From: Camelus ferus
Taxonomy: Eukaryota
Reading direction: 5' to 3'
Length of the DNA: 64,000 bases
NCBI RefSeq assembly: GCF_009834535.1
Contig: NC_045696.1
Coordinates: forward strand, 116,004,001-116,068,000
This document shows positions 26,700 to 39,460 of the stretch, in pieces; within the stretch, counting starts at the first letter, position 1; every line of letters starts with the position of its first letter. Made by a program: the position numbers and the translations under genes. Under the pieces are notes generated by a model. That model made no database searches. It had not been told where the DNA came from and worked only from the letters and a program-made list of their open reading frames with translations.

Positions 26700-27140
26700 G
26701 CCGCATTTGATCAGGTTGAGACGGCGGGCCAAAATCCATACGGACTAGATTTCATCGGATTTCCCGAGACGCTGATTTTGCTGTGCCCTTCACTCGCGCT
26801 TGTCGGGTCACAGAGGTTTCTCCGTCGCATCGCTGTTTCTTGTCTAAGGCGATTGTTTTCCCTGCTGAAGTGTACTCACCTCAGAAGACGAAAAGACTGT
26901 CGCTGAGTATTTTGATTATCTCTGCGTTTATTTTTTTGCTGTGGCTTCCCTGGAGCATAAATTATTACTGCCACAATCCACAGTAGCATATTAGCGTGAA
27001 TCCGAACCTCCGTGTTCTTTTTATGCTTCTCTCACAAAGCAGTGTACAAGCGGGAAGCATCTTTAAGGCGTCATGGTGCCAAACGCTGTACCTTCATTTC
27101 GACTAAGTAATGTTTTCGTCTTTTTATTTCTAATTGGTCT
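26700..27140 (-). promoter_or_regulatory. CpG-enriched promoter-like patch with candidate first exon ending at 26880
   Basis: I count 25 CpGs in 26701-27120, versus sparse CpG elsewhere. Perfect minus-strand donor GAG|GTGAGT at 26880; CCAAT (27133-27137) and TGACG half-CRE (27069-27073) on the minus strand. Confidence 0.5.
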
Positions 27141-27566
27141 CTCCTGTGTGCTTCTAAAAGCCCTTCATTTGTGCCTCTGTAAAGTGCTTGCTGTATTTTG
27201 CTTTTTTTCTTTTTCCCTCTCCACTTCTGCTTTCTCCCCCACAGAATATAACTTCTTTGAGGATCTTAAACACCCTTGTATCCTCCTCAGAATATAACCC
27301 CAATGTGTGGCAAATGATCAACACTAATAAACTGGTAGATGAAGAATAAAGAAGGAATGAGTGAGTGAATGATGGCATCACATGTCTTTACGCAAGCTGT
27401 GCAGCCAACAATATTTTATCAACCAGTTCTTTGCTGACAGTGGCTGTCCTTGCTGACTGAAGGAAAAAAAGGCCCTTTTTCATCGTTTCCCCTCGGATTG
27501 CCAGCTGAATGTGTCTAAACATTGCTGATCAGGGCTTGCCTCTCTTCTGATCCTAACGATTGAAAT

Positions 27567-27756
27567 CAGTCACTCTCAATCTGACTCACGCATCGGAATC
27601 ACCTAGAGAGCGGGTTAAAATACAGGTGGTTGGACCCCATCCCGTTTCTTATGTAGCAGGTCTCAGGTGTGCCCGAGAAGTTGGTTTCCTCACAAGCTCC
27701 CTGGTGATGCTGATGCTTATGGCCCAGGGACCACACCCTGAGACTGAGAACCACTG
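27567..27756 (+). mobile_element. MER5A-like hAT MITE
   Basis: CAGTCACTCTCAA...GCATCGGAATCACCTAGAGAG...ACAAGCTCCCTGGTGATGCTGATGCT...GAGAACCACTG, with CAGT/ACTG termini. Confidence 0.8.
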
Positions 27757-28227
27757 GATCAGCCAATCACTCAGGGAATTTCTGCACCAAATTTGCTCCC
27801 TTAGTAGTTAGCTGTTAGGAAGACAAGGGTCCAAAACAGAAGAGTAGAGCCAGTCGAGACACTTTGAGTCTTCTGGTTGGAAAGTTTGAAAACATCATTG
27901 ACTCTAAATGGAAAGTTTAAGTGAAGATATGCAGCAACTGGAGCATTGGCCAAGCTCCAAATACAAGGAGCCTTCAATAGCCAAGGGGAAAATCAGACAG
28001 GACTGTGTCTTGGTGTACTAAGGTTGCTAAAAATTTCTCAGAAAACAAGAATGCACCCCCACCCTTGATGCTTGCTAAATCACTCATCGAATTACATGCT
28101 CTAAACTTGTAATTAGTTTAGTGTTAATTCTACAGAGGCCCCAAAATTATCATGTTTGGCCAATAACTGTTTTGCTTAGTTGAAATCTACCTCTGCTCTT
28201 CAGCTATTAAAAATGAAAACCGCTTTA

Positions 28228-28600
28228 GGGGAGGGGGAGAGGGAATTGGGTGAAAGGAGTCAAAAGGTACAAACTTCCAGTTATACAATAAATGAGTGTT
28301 AGGGATGTAATGTACAACATGATACATGTAATTAATACTGCTGTAAGCTGTGTATGAAAGTTGTTAGAAGAATAATCCTAAGACTGCTCATCACAAAGAA
28401 AACATTTTTTCTTTTTCTTTTCTTTTGTATCTTACGTGATATGATGGATCTTCACTAAACCTATTGTGGTGATCATTTCATGATAGGTAAGTGAAATCAC
28501 TACACTGTACAGCTTAAACTTATACAGTGCTGTATGTCAATTATATCTCAAAAAAAACTAGAAGAAAAATAAAATAAAATAGAAAAAGGAAAAAAAGTCC
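28228..28600 (+). mobile_element. L1 3' UTR fragment with A-rich tail
   Basis: GTCAAAAGGTACAAACTTCCAGTTATA...GATGTAATGTACAACATG...GTCAATTATATCTCAAAA. Confidence 0.85.
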
Positions 28601-30459
28601 AGAAAAATGAAAAATGCTTTAAAATACCTTCTTAAAGATAGAACAGTTTGAAAGACTAATGCACTGACATCCAATTATCAGTATATTTATATTAAAAAGT
28701 TGAGTTTAAAAGTAAATGTAGAATAAAAGACAAAAATAATTCACTAATTAAGACATCCTGGGATTTTAAGTCATATCTAGATATATTTCCTAATATAGAT
28801 TTTTATAAATTCATGGTAAAACAGCAATGAAGAGACAGTAAACACATCTTGTAAAAATTAAAAATAAGATTTACTGTCAAGAGCTTTCCAAAATCTGGGA
28901 GGTATTTCCACTACTTATAGGCTGACAGATTTGTATTGGAGGCTGAAATTAGTGATAACTAGATAGAAAACTAATGAAATAAAAAATGAGAATCCATTAA
29001 GCTCCAGGTGTGTCAATTAGTGAGAGCATTTGGCTGTGAGTAACTAAATATTTGACAAAATGGAGGCCTTAAACAGGGTTTATTTCTTCTCATACAGCAA
29101 GCCTGGAGATGGGTGATTACTGATGTAATCATATAACAATAAAGGCATAAGGAAAGTAGAAATTAATCTGAAAGCAGGTAACAGTAGAACTGATACATCC
29201 AAAAGCTGATTTAAAAAAAAAAAATTAAAGAACAAAATTCCTGATGATATAATTCAGGAAAACTGATCCCCACAAAATAAGAATGTGAAAGAGGCTTGCA
29301 CCCCTCCCCCCACCACCCCTACACAGCCCTCTTCCAGGAGCTGGGGCCTCCCAGGGGTTATCCCAATAAAGCCGTGGAAACAGCGATGGATTTGGAAGTA
29401 TTTCTAATTGCTTGGTGATGCACATAGACCAAGGGAAGAGCAATGAATTATCCAGCATAACTCGAAAGAATCAACTTCCATTTAATTTTATATAAAAAAC
29501 AAAATCCTTTTCCAAGTTGCAATCTTTTCCCCAATCCCCTCCTGTGACCCCGCTCTCCCATCACCATAGCAACTCTTGTCCTTTAATGAACACCATTGCA
29601 AGAAGATGGAGTAAAGAAGCCTGAAAATGTCATTTTTCTCTCAAGTCATAACTGATTCCTTGGATGTTTCCTCTTGTGAGTGGCCTTGTAGTCCTGGAAT
29701 GTTGCAGCCAATCAGGATTAGAAAAATGACCTCCCGGTTCTGGGCCTCCAGATTTCTTACATTAGTGACATTTACTTAAAACACATATGTTTTCCCCAGC
29801 CCAAAGTTACCTAATTTTTATATAGCATATATGATGAATGTGACTGTCTAATTCAGTCATTCTTAAATCCAGTCGTGGGAAGAAAATATCAGAGGTGCCA
29901 AGGAAATTTTTCAAGTTTCAGATCTAATTGTCCATGTCTTCCCATGCAAAGACAACTTTTACCATCTCTACTTGCCAATACTGCAGCCCAGATTTACATA
30001 ATCATTGTCACAGCAAACTCCTGCTAGAGTTAGGATAGGAGAAATAGTGTAACTATGGCCCAACTAATATCACAATCCAAATGGAGGATGTTAAACAGTG
30101 TAATATGAAAGAGAACGTTGGAGGTCACTGGGTTGCCTACGAGCTATCAAAGAGGCACCGGCCAGCTGGACAAGTTACTATGAAGAAGAGCAGAAGGGAA
30201 TGTGAATGCAGGTCGAATGAAGGAAGTGAATTCGATTTGTCCTCTGGAAACCAATTATATTTCACTAAAATTGTTTGATGGTTTTCCTTTTTCAAGATCT
30301 ACCTAAAATCTATCATCATACACATACGACAGATTCAATGCCAATACTTTGGGAATCTGAGTGGAGGTATATAGGCTTTCTTGTTTCATTTAAGCAACTA
30401 TTGCTTAACTTTGAAATTACTTCAAATGAAATGGAAAAGATTTAAAAGACAGTACAGTT

Positions 30460-32120
30460 TCTGTGTCCACATGTACGAATTTGGAAGTCGCCATCTGTTG
30501 TAACTACAAGTGAAAAGCTGAGCAGACTGAAAAGTCAACAACTCTTCAAGGATCCTTTACAGAAGGAAAGACACAGGGCAAACCACTGCCCCTGAGATGG
30601 GAGACAGAGGCAAATAGAGAAAGTCACAACCTAGCAGAACAGAGACTCAAGACCTGAAACCACGTCAGGAACCAGTGCCTAAACAGGAAAACCTGAACTG
30701 TAATTGACAGGTTGCTGGAAGCTCAGCATGGACAACTCTGAGAGTTAAAAGCTCCCAGGAAACACAGTCATAGACGGGCTCTCACAGTATTGTGAGATTC
30801 ACCTCCAGGGGCTAGACCAATGCCCTCCCCCATTAAATACCAGAGCTTCCCCAGCTTCCGCGAGCTGGGGAGGGGGGCGGGAGAAATGAGCCATTTTTAA
30901 ATACACTAGGACACTCGGTTCTTCTTCACAAAACCTACCCCCAGGGGAAATTAGTTAACCAGAGCTTCAACTCCAGTCCTTTGTCTCATTTAAGGGGGAG
31001 AAAAAAAAAACTGAGAACTCTTAAGTTCATAGTCCAGAGGCATACACTGGCCAAAAAATTGAGACCTAATTATAGGACTCTAGAATGCTTCCCCTCCCTT
31101 CACACTTCACCACCATGTTACTAAATGCCTGTTTACAGGAGTTCCCTTTACCCAGTACATCATATCCACCTACCAAGAAAAAAAATTAAAAGGCATAAGG
31201 GAAAGCAAAAACCCACAACCTGAAAAGACAGAGCAAGTGTCAGAACCAGACATGGCAAGGATGTTGGAATCATCAGACCAGGAATTTAAAATAACTCTGA
31301 TTAATATGCTAAGGGCTCCAATGGATAAAGTAGACAACACACAAGAAGAGATGAGCAATGTAAGAAGAGGGATGGAAATCCTAGAAAAGAACCAAAAATA
31401 AATTCTAGAAATAAAAATCACCGTCACAGAAATGAAGATTGCCTTTGATGGGTTTATTAGTAGACTGCACATGGCTGAGGGAAGAATCTCTGAGCTTGAG
31501 GATATAGTGACAGAATCCTCAAAAACCAAAAAGCAAAGAGGACAGCAACTGAAAAAGAAACACAGAACAGCATATCCAAGAACTGTGGGACGACCACAAA
31601 AGGTATAACATGAATAATGAAAATACCTTAAGGAGAAGAAAGAGAGAAAGGAACAGAAAAACATGTTTACAACAGTCATGACCAAGAGTTTCCCCCAAAT
31701 TAATGTCAGACACCAAACCACAGATCCAAGAAGCTCAGGTAACACCAGCAGGATACATGCCAGAAAACAAACGGCACCTAGGCATACCATTTTCAAACTA
31801 CAGAAAATCAAAGATAGAGAAAAAAAGTCCTGAAAGAAGCCAGAGGAGAGAAACACCTTATCTACAGAGGACCAACGGTATAAGAATTACATCCAACTTC
31901 TTCTCAGAAACAACGCAAGAAAGGAGTGTGTGGAGTGAATTATTTAAAGTGTTGACAGAAAAAAAAAAAAAATAACCCACCAACCTAGAACTCTGTACCC
32001 TGTGAAATTATCCTTCTACAGTGAAGGAGAAAGACCTTCTCAAACAAGATCTTCTCCCAATAGGCCTGCCTTACAAGAAATGTTAAAAGAAGTTCTTTAG
32101 AGAGAAAGAAAATAATATAA
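30460..32120 (+). mobile_element. Old L1 5' UTR plus ORF1 (L1MC/MD-like), 3'-truncated
   Basis: ORF1 motifs GGATGTTGGAATCATCAGACCAGGAATTTAAAATAAC, CCACAGATCCAAGAAGCTCAG (KPQIQEAQ), ATAAGAATTACATCCAACTTCTTCTCAGAAAC and CAACCTAGAACTCTGTACCC. Confidence 0.85.
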
Positions 32121-33135
32121 TAATGACAACCTAACTTTTAAAACATGGAATGGTGTAGTTTAGAATAAGCAATACTTTTATAATATAATATTAGAAATGA
32201 CTGAGATACAAATCTATATATAAAATAGGGACCTAATATACAAAATAAGGAGCCCACTCTACTATAAATTGTGTTTTTTCTTTATAATTTTCTCCATTTC
32301 TAAAGATTTTTAATGGAAATACACTACTTCTATATAAAAGCAGGTTAACTTTTTTAAAATCAAGTTACTTTTCCCCTCACAACAAAGAATGGCTGATTTC
32401 CTTAACACATGTTTGTTGTGATCCTACAGAAACAAGAGGCGGTGTCTGGAAATCAGGTAAATCATCTACAAAACCTATGCTGATGTAACAACAAATAGGG
32501 AAATCTGAAAATAAAGGTAAATTCTGTCCTCCATCACCTCTATTTTATAACAGGTTTTTTCATTCAAGATTATTCTGCATGAAGCTCAACAACTGAACAG
32601 AAAATTGTCTCTTTAATTTTGAAATTGAAATTGAAGGTTATTGCAGCCCTAGAAATCCAGTTGATCCAAAGCATCACTCTATTCAAATGAATATATCAGT
32701 ATAAAAGCCTAGTATTTATACTTGAAAAGGGAAAAAAAAACTTTTTTATTAACTACATCGGTTAACTCTTTAATTTGGGGGAATCACCAGCGTGATAGCC
32801 TTAGCCTCATGAGTCCTGACCTGTCCATTAGGCTAATCCCAAAGTTGTGTCCAGAACTACAGTGTCCAAGCAGTCATCATAAACTTATACTCTTCCGAAT
32901 GAGTGGATGGAATACAGAATCCTGAGGGTCTAGACCAGTGCTCTCCAAAGGATTTTGATTGCCAACCTTGATCAATTTTTTCTTCATTGAACATGCCCAC
33001 CCCATATTTTGTGTATTAATGATGGGTGTAGATCTGTAATCCAGATAGACCTCCTATTGGTTGAATTTTTTTCCCCTTTGTCAGAGTGTTGTTTTTACCG
33101 TCTATGTGATTGCCGAAGACCCTCTTTCAACTCAC

Positions 33136-33253
33136 AGAAAAGAAGCAGCTGTGCCTCTTCAGGATTTCCGTGTCCACCTTCATTAAGAGAACCCATTGAC
33201 ACCACATTCTCTCGGGAGAAATCTTTCTGAGCCGTTGGTCCGTTGCTGAGCAT
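33136..33253 (-). other. Weak candidate first coding exon (MLSNGPTAQKDFSRENVVSMGSLNEGGHGNPEEAQLLLF, phase 1)
   Basis: ATG at 33253, open frame to donor TCT|GTGAGT at 33136, local CpG retention 33090-33370. Peptide not recognised. Confidence 0.2.
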
Positions 33254-33409
33254 TAGTCCAAGTTGAGACTAAATAATATCAGGTATTATTCCACCTAACG
33301 AGGCACAAGTAAACAGCACGTGTCACCAAACACTGGACGTAAACTGAGTGCGAACACTCTCGGCGCCTCCCCTGCAGTTTTCTGCTCTGAATTAGGCAGT
33401 GAACCTTGT

Positions 33410-33780
33410 GTGGTAGTCAGGTTCTTTTAGCAGCTGTTACAGAGAAACTCCAAAAAGTATCTAATTTAACACAGAAGTCCAAGATGGTGGTTCAGCAATA
33501 GCTTTCTCCCAAGAGGTGATTAAGGGCCTCAGGTCCCTCCCATTTCATGTTTTTATCTCCAAGATGTGGCTCCCAGGGTCTCTGTGTTCACGTCCACCAA
33601 GGCATGAAGAACTTACATCGAGGGTCTGTCGTGGAAGAGGTCAAGGATGATGGGTGTCACTTATTTCCATATTCTGTTGACAAACCTTAATCAAATGACC
33701 ACACCCATCTACAAGATCTCTATAGTGCAGTCAACCTTGGGTCAGAAGGAAGAAGGCAGCTGGAAAGGAGGTAGCCAGTG
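33410..33780 (-). mobile_element. Old MaLR LTR (MLT1J/K-like)
   Basis: GTAGTCAGG...CAGCTGTTACAG...GTCACTTATTTCCATATTCTGTTGACAAACCTTAATCAAATGACCACACCC. Confidence 0.55.
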
Positions 33781-34069
33781 TGTACTCGCCCCCATAACAG
33801 ACAGACCAAGTGATGGCATTGATGTCAACCTGTATATCAAATATCAGTCATGCTCTATCTGCTTCTCTTAAAATAACCATATCTATAAAGGTTTTGCTTG
33901 GGTTTTTCGACATTTCCATTAAACCAGTCAATAGAAAGATGCCAATACAACATGAGTAGCTGTCTATCTGCTTCTCCTTTGCTGACATTATTGAGAGTAT
34001 GAAAACTCTAAAACTAAGGAAAACTATTATTAGTCTCCAATCAGAAATTTCACCTGGTAATAACATGTA

Positions 34070-34182
34070 TTGGAAAAGAATCTGGAAAGAAAATATATGT
34101 ATGTATGTATGTGTATAACTGAATCACTTTGCTGTACACTGAAAACTAACATTGTAAATCAACTACACTTCAATAAAAAAAT
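34070..34182 (+). mobile_element. Short cetartiodactyl L1 3' tail
   Basis: TATAACTGAATCACTTTGCTGTACACTGAAAACTAACATTGTAAATCAACTACACTTCAATAAAAAA. Confidence 0.85.
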
Positions 34183-34217
34183 TTTTTAATTCACATATGG
34201 GGATCAAGCTGTCATAA

Positions 34218-34430
34218 ACAGTGTGCTTAATCTAGGGTTCATGGACTGCTAAAGACCTATGGGATAGTGTGTGTCCACAATCACACCATTGATATTATAG
34301 GCAAACCTGTGTGCATATGTTTGCACATGGAATGCATGCATGCATGTGTGTGCATGTGTTCATTTTTTGCAGAGAGGATCAATACACAACATCAGAATCT
34401 GGGAAGGCAGTGTGACAAAAAAGTATGATT
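34218..34430 (+). mobile_element. MER117-like hAT MITE (related degenerate copies probable at ~15310-15440 and ~54820-54965)
   Basis: CAGTGTGCTTAATCTAGGGTTCATGGA...TGTGTGCATATG...CATTTTTTGCAGAGAGGATC...CATCAGAATCT...TGTGACAAAAAAG. Confidence 0.45.
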
Positions 34431-36289
34431 TTTAAAGACAGCAATTAAGAGGTAAATTTTTCTCAACTGGTTAACATATATAAATCCAATAATCCTCCAG
34501 ATTCCATCAGAAGTCATTCTACAAAAATGTTTTAATAATATGTTGCTACAGTGCTGTTCCATTACTATCAATAAACAAAGAACAATGACCTCATTTGACA
34601 TGACAGGATGGAGATCACTGTAAGAGAAAGCATAGTCATGTGGTTAGAGTCTATGCCTCCCACGTTGACAAGTACGAGGAACTGAGGGATTTGTTGGTGG
34701 TATTCAGAGGCATATGGTGACTGAAAAGTGAACAAATCCTATCGGCAAATTATATTTTAATAAACTCTCAAGTTATCCCCTCTGCTGGGGAGAATTTGGA
34801 CCAATAGGATAACAGTACTTTCTATAAGATGAATTACTGTTCAGTATGCCTACAGTCTAGAAAATCCCAACGCAAACCCATTTTTTCCCTAACAAAAACA
34901 CAATAACACAATTGAAAACATACTAGGGGATCTAAAAGAATTTTGTTACCATACTTGCAGCCCAATTCCTTAGTTACTAGAGGGCTACTAATATGTTACT
35001 TTTGCAAGATTTAAAGTTCTTCTATAATATGACTACCTAGTCCTTTTAGCTATGTTTTTCCAAAATAGGCAATACTATATTTTTTAATTGCCTGCTCCTC
35101 TGCCACCCTCCCTTTACTAGTCTTTGTGATTTTAAAACCCACTCAAAGTGGCAGTGCTTTCTCAGGAATTATACAGCCATCAGTAGCAAAACTAACAACT
35201 CCTCTCCGGAAATAATTCCTCTCCTTTCTGATTAATGGATTTCTTTTTCAATAAATTGCTTGAAGGCTATGTTTGTGAATAAGATAGAAAGAAGGAGATG
35301 ATTCAGAAGTAATTGCGAAGTTAGGGTGTCCTGGCATTATAAATTCCATGGTCTAAGATGAAACTCCTTTGGTCTTGGAAAGGAAGGTTTTCCCTCTCCT
35401 TGGGTAATGTTGTCTACCTTAAGGATTCACCTTTTAAGATAAGGGAAGCCAGAGTTTGGCGAGTCAAGCTCCTGGGATGACAGAGGGCTATATCCACACT
35501 TCAGAAGCATAAGGTACTGTCTCCCCTACAGAAGACAAAATAGTCCCCTTAGAACAGAAAAATACTTACAGATTTGGGGAGAAGGAAGTATCATTCAGAA
35601 GAAACTTTTTTTTTCAATCAGCATAGCTCTAAGTGTTGGGAGTGGACTAACATGCATGAGGTAAAAAACTAAGGAAAGGCCTGGTTTTTAAGGTGTGTTA
35701 ACCTTTCCCATCAATCTTTGCTGGGTAAATACTGTAATAAATACACATTTCAGGGGAAAAAAAATATGATTTTATCATCCCCAGGATATAGCAGGCATGA
35801 AGACAGCCTGGAATTAAACTGGACTAGAATAATCTACTAGGTAGAAATCTAGATTAATTTTTTGTTTATATGCATTCCTGTTTTAGATTTATAAGATGTT
35901 ACTCTTTTGGAACAGTAACAGAAAGGAAACCTGATTAAATGATGCTCGCACCAATAACTAACATTAAATTATTTGTGCTTATTTACTGGACATGTTTTGA
36001 GTAAATGCTATCTTCTGGGCATTATCTAGAAGGCCTTTTCCTTCACCTATGATAGGAAGAAATGGGGGTGTCAGACCACATGGGCACTGAAGTGCAGTCT
36101 GCCCCAACACAGCTCCAGTCCCAATGACTAATGGGACTGGCTGATTTCTTAACTTGGAAAAACAGCAGCAAAATGCAAAGTCTTTCTTGTGTCCACATCC
36201 TTGTGGCCAACAATCCAAAAAAGGACGCCACCAGGGTCCCTGAGCTGTGTCACCCAGACGTGTTTCCTTTGAACTGTTCACATACTCAC

Positions 36290-36347
36290 CGCATTTCTTA
36301 AGCTCGTCCTCATTTTCTCTGCTCCCGAATTCTAACACCGCTCCCAT
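36290..36347 (-). other. Candidate first coding exon segment (MGAVLEFGSRENEDELKKC, phase 1)
   Basis: Strong Kozak context AGAATGG (ATG at 36347), in-frame upstream stop, donor GCG|GTGAGT at 36290, CpG-retaining unique sequence 36200-36660. Peptide not recognised. Confidence 0.35.
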
Positions 36348-36892
36348 TCTGTAAGTATGTCTTGGGACCCCAGGATGGATGCTACTGCTGATTTTTACCT
36401 TGGCTCAGTCCTTCACACACAGTCCAAACCACAGTCACGTCAGCCACTCCAGGACACAGTCCAGCACATTCTATCTCCCGGCAAACTCAGCCCATAGACG
36501 CTGAGAAACCACACCCTCATCATGCACAGCCTCCCCGGCCAGGGAGACACCCGTCAGGAAGAACCTCAGGTGAGAAGATGAAAAAAATTAAAGCCGTTCT
36601 CCCAGAAAGGCAGAGGGATGGCCCTCCACTCTAAATAATTTGGAAGGCGCTCAAAGGCCCTACATTCTATGTAAAATGGCAAGAACTCAACAGTTACACA
36701 TAACTAATTAACTGACTCATAACCTCAAAGATTATTTTCTTCCCAATCTGATTTGTTCCAGGTATGAGGTACTAATTTGCTTGCCTGAGTTGATAATACA
36801 AATCAAGGACAAATTTTAAGTATCACTTTCTAGGTGAAAGGAACTAATTTCCTTTACAAACAGTGTGAGCCACCCAGCCTCTTGTGAAATAA

Positions 36893-36969
36893 CTTTTTTT
36901 TTTATTATTGAAGTATAATTGATTTATAATATTGTGTTAGTTTCAGGTATATAGCAAAGTGATTTGGAG

Positions 36970-37018
<49 letters not shown>

Positions 37019-37438
37019 TTATTTTCTCCTATTCTTTTCCATTAGAGTTTATCACAAGGTGTTGAATATAGTTCCCTGTGCTATACAGTGAGGTCCTTGT
37101 TGTTTACCTACTTTGTATATGGCAGTATCTGCTAATCCCAAACTCCCATTTATCCCTCCACCCTGTCTCCTTTGGTAACCGTAAGTTTGTTTTCTATGTC
37201 TGTGAGCCTGGGTTTCTGTTCTGTGAATAAGTTCATTTGTCTCATTTTTCAGATTCCACATATAAGTGATATCATATGGTATTTGTCTTTCTCTGTCTGA
37301 CATGACAATCTCTAGGCCCATCTATGTTGCCGCAAATGGCATTATTTCATTCTTTTTTATGTAACATTCTATTTTATATATATATACACACATACACACA
37401 CATAAACACACACTATATATATTACAGTAATCAGTAAT

Positions 37439-37490
<52 letters not shown>

Positions 37491-37570
37491 TGCACAACAC
37501 ATCTTCTTTATTCATTCATCTGTCAATGGACTTTTAGTTTGCTTCCATGTCTTGACTATTGAAATAGCAT
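36893..37570 (-). mobile_element. Cetartiodactyl-type L1 3' end containing (GATA)12 (36971-37018) and (TA)n (~37443-37482)
   Basis: T-run, then ATTGAAGTATAATTGATTTATAATATTGTGTTAGTTTCAGG...GATTCCACATATAAGTGATATCATATGGTATTTGTC. Confidence 0.9.
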
Positions 37571-37645
37571 TTTTAAGAAGATTCTGCTCAGACTGCTTGC
37601 AAAATTGAGTGAAATAAAGAAGTGGGTTTAGTACATCTCTCAAAT

Positions 37646-37834
37646 CAGGTGTCAACAGCATTTTCTGTAAAGGGTCAGACAGTAAATATTTCAGACTTCG
37701 CACTCTCTTGCAACTACTCAGCTCTACAGTTGTAACTCAAAGTAAGACAATATGGAAACAAATGAGTCATGGTACATTAGAACTTTATTTGGAAAAAGCA
37801 GACAACTAGGAAGGCAATAGTTTTCTGATGCCTG
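37646..37834 (-). mobile_element. MER58A-like hAT MITE
   Basis: CAGGTGTCAAC...TTTTCTGTAAAGGGTCAGACAGTAAATATTT...GCAACTACTCAGCTCT...GCCTG; degenerate TSD TCTCAAAT/TCTTAAGT. Confidence 0.8.
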
Positions 37835-38704
37835 TCTTAAGTCATGATTTTGTTAAGATATAATATGTTCTTCTCATTTCATTTGTTTACAAATATCTTC
37901 CCAATATAAGCAATTTCTGAGAAGAGAGATTAGAAGTATCTGCATCTGGAAGGTTAAATACTATCTTAGAGAAAACATCCATTGTATCTGGCATAGAGTA
38001 AATGTGAAAGGAATGTTGGCTGAATTAAAATTTTAATTCACACCTCAAAAATATATAGCACAAAGTTAGCTGAATTCTGAAATAACTTAACCTTGAAAAC
38101 AGTTCCCTTGTTTCATGGCATTTGGCTGTCTTTTCCTTCCAATTACTAGCCCTTTTTTTAGACTTTCTCAGGGTCTTCATTGTTATGCATATCCATTTTT
38201 TATAGTTATTCAGCAACTGTAATTTTCAAACAAACTGGGATTCTTCAATATTGCTGTATTAAGGGAAATTATAATAGCCTATTGACCGCAGTTCAGTCAA
38301 TGATCCATTCATTATTCTGTCTTGAAAGCGAAGTTCGTAAAATAATGGATGTGATTATCACAAAAGTCAATAGAAGTGTAAGTGTGAGGATGGATCCCAG
38401 CAATGAGCTTATATTTTAGTACCTATATTTCACAAGTATGTGCAACTGGATTTAGACCTTCTTTTCCATCTGCTTCAGTCATCTTCAAAGTGAGGTGTGG
38501 GCAACCTCAGTGGGTTCACAGGATGCTTTCACTGTGGTGTCAAGTAAAATTTCTAGAATTTTTCCTTCTATTCAGTTTTATCTCATCCCTTTATTTTCTT
38601 TTTGTGTGAATTTTGTAATGTACTTTTAGAGTTGTACATGTATATTCTGAGAGACGCATGTTCAAAAAAGTTTGGAAAACTATTGAAATTCTCTAGGTAG
38701 TGTC

Positions 38705-38893
38705 ATGTAAGATGGTCTTCCAGCAGACAGGGGGATGTTTCAGGGTTTGTCATGATCTAGCCTTAGAAATCACATGACATCACCTCCAGGTTCACTCTAC
38801 TAGTCAAGGCAGTCCAGGCCTGCCCAGATGCCAAGGAGGGGACTTAGCTGCCACCTACCAATGGAAGGAGTGTCAAAGAATTTGCAATTATGC
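38705..38893 (-). mobile_element. MaLR LTR fragment (MLT1H-like)
   Basis: CTAGCCTTAGAAATCACATGACATCACCTCC...GCCTGCCCAGATGCCAAGGAGGGGAC...GGAGTGTCAAAGAATTTG. Confidence 0.6.
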
Positions 38894-38896
38894 TTT

Positions 38897-39460
38897 GTTT
38901 TTATTGAGGTATAATAGTTGATGTACAATATTATGTAAGTTTCAGGTGCATAGCCTGTGAGTCACAATTTTTAAGGTTATTTTCCATTTATAGTTACTAT
39001 AAAATATTGGCTATATTCCCTAAGCTGTACAATATATCCTTGTAGCTTATTTATTTTACACATAGTAGCTTGTACCCCTTATTCTCCTACCCCTAACTTT
39101 GTCCCTTCCTCCTCTCCTCTCCCTACTGGTAACCACTAGTTTGTTCTCTATATCTGTGAGTTTGTTTTTCTTATATATATTCAGTAGTTTGTTGTAATTT
39201 TTTGAGTTTTTTTAGATGTCACATAGTATTTGTCTTTCTCTGAGTTATTTCACTTAACATAATACTCTCCAAGTCCATCCATGTTGTTACAAATGCCAAC
39301 AGTGCATTCTTTTTCATGGCTGAGTAGTATTTCATTTTATATATATCACATCTTCTCTATCCATTTATGTGTGATGGACACTTACATTGCTTCTATATCT
39401 TGGCAATTGTAAATAATGCTGCTATGAATATTGGGGTGCATTATCTGTTCAAATTAGATT
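38897..39460 (-). mobile_element. L1 3' end
   Basis: TTTTATTGAGGTATAATAGTTGATGTACAATATTATGTAAGTTTCAGG...GGTAACCACTAGTTTGTTCTCTATATCTGTGAG...TGTAAATAATGCTGCTATGAA. Confidence 0.9.

Noticed and set aside
31170..31856. Longest ORF (228 aa, hydrophobic, minus strand) resembling a membrane protein
   Set aside because: It is the antisense frame of A-rich L1 ORF1; the T-rich codons give spurious Phe/Leu/Ser/Cys.
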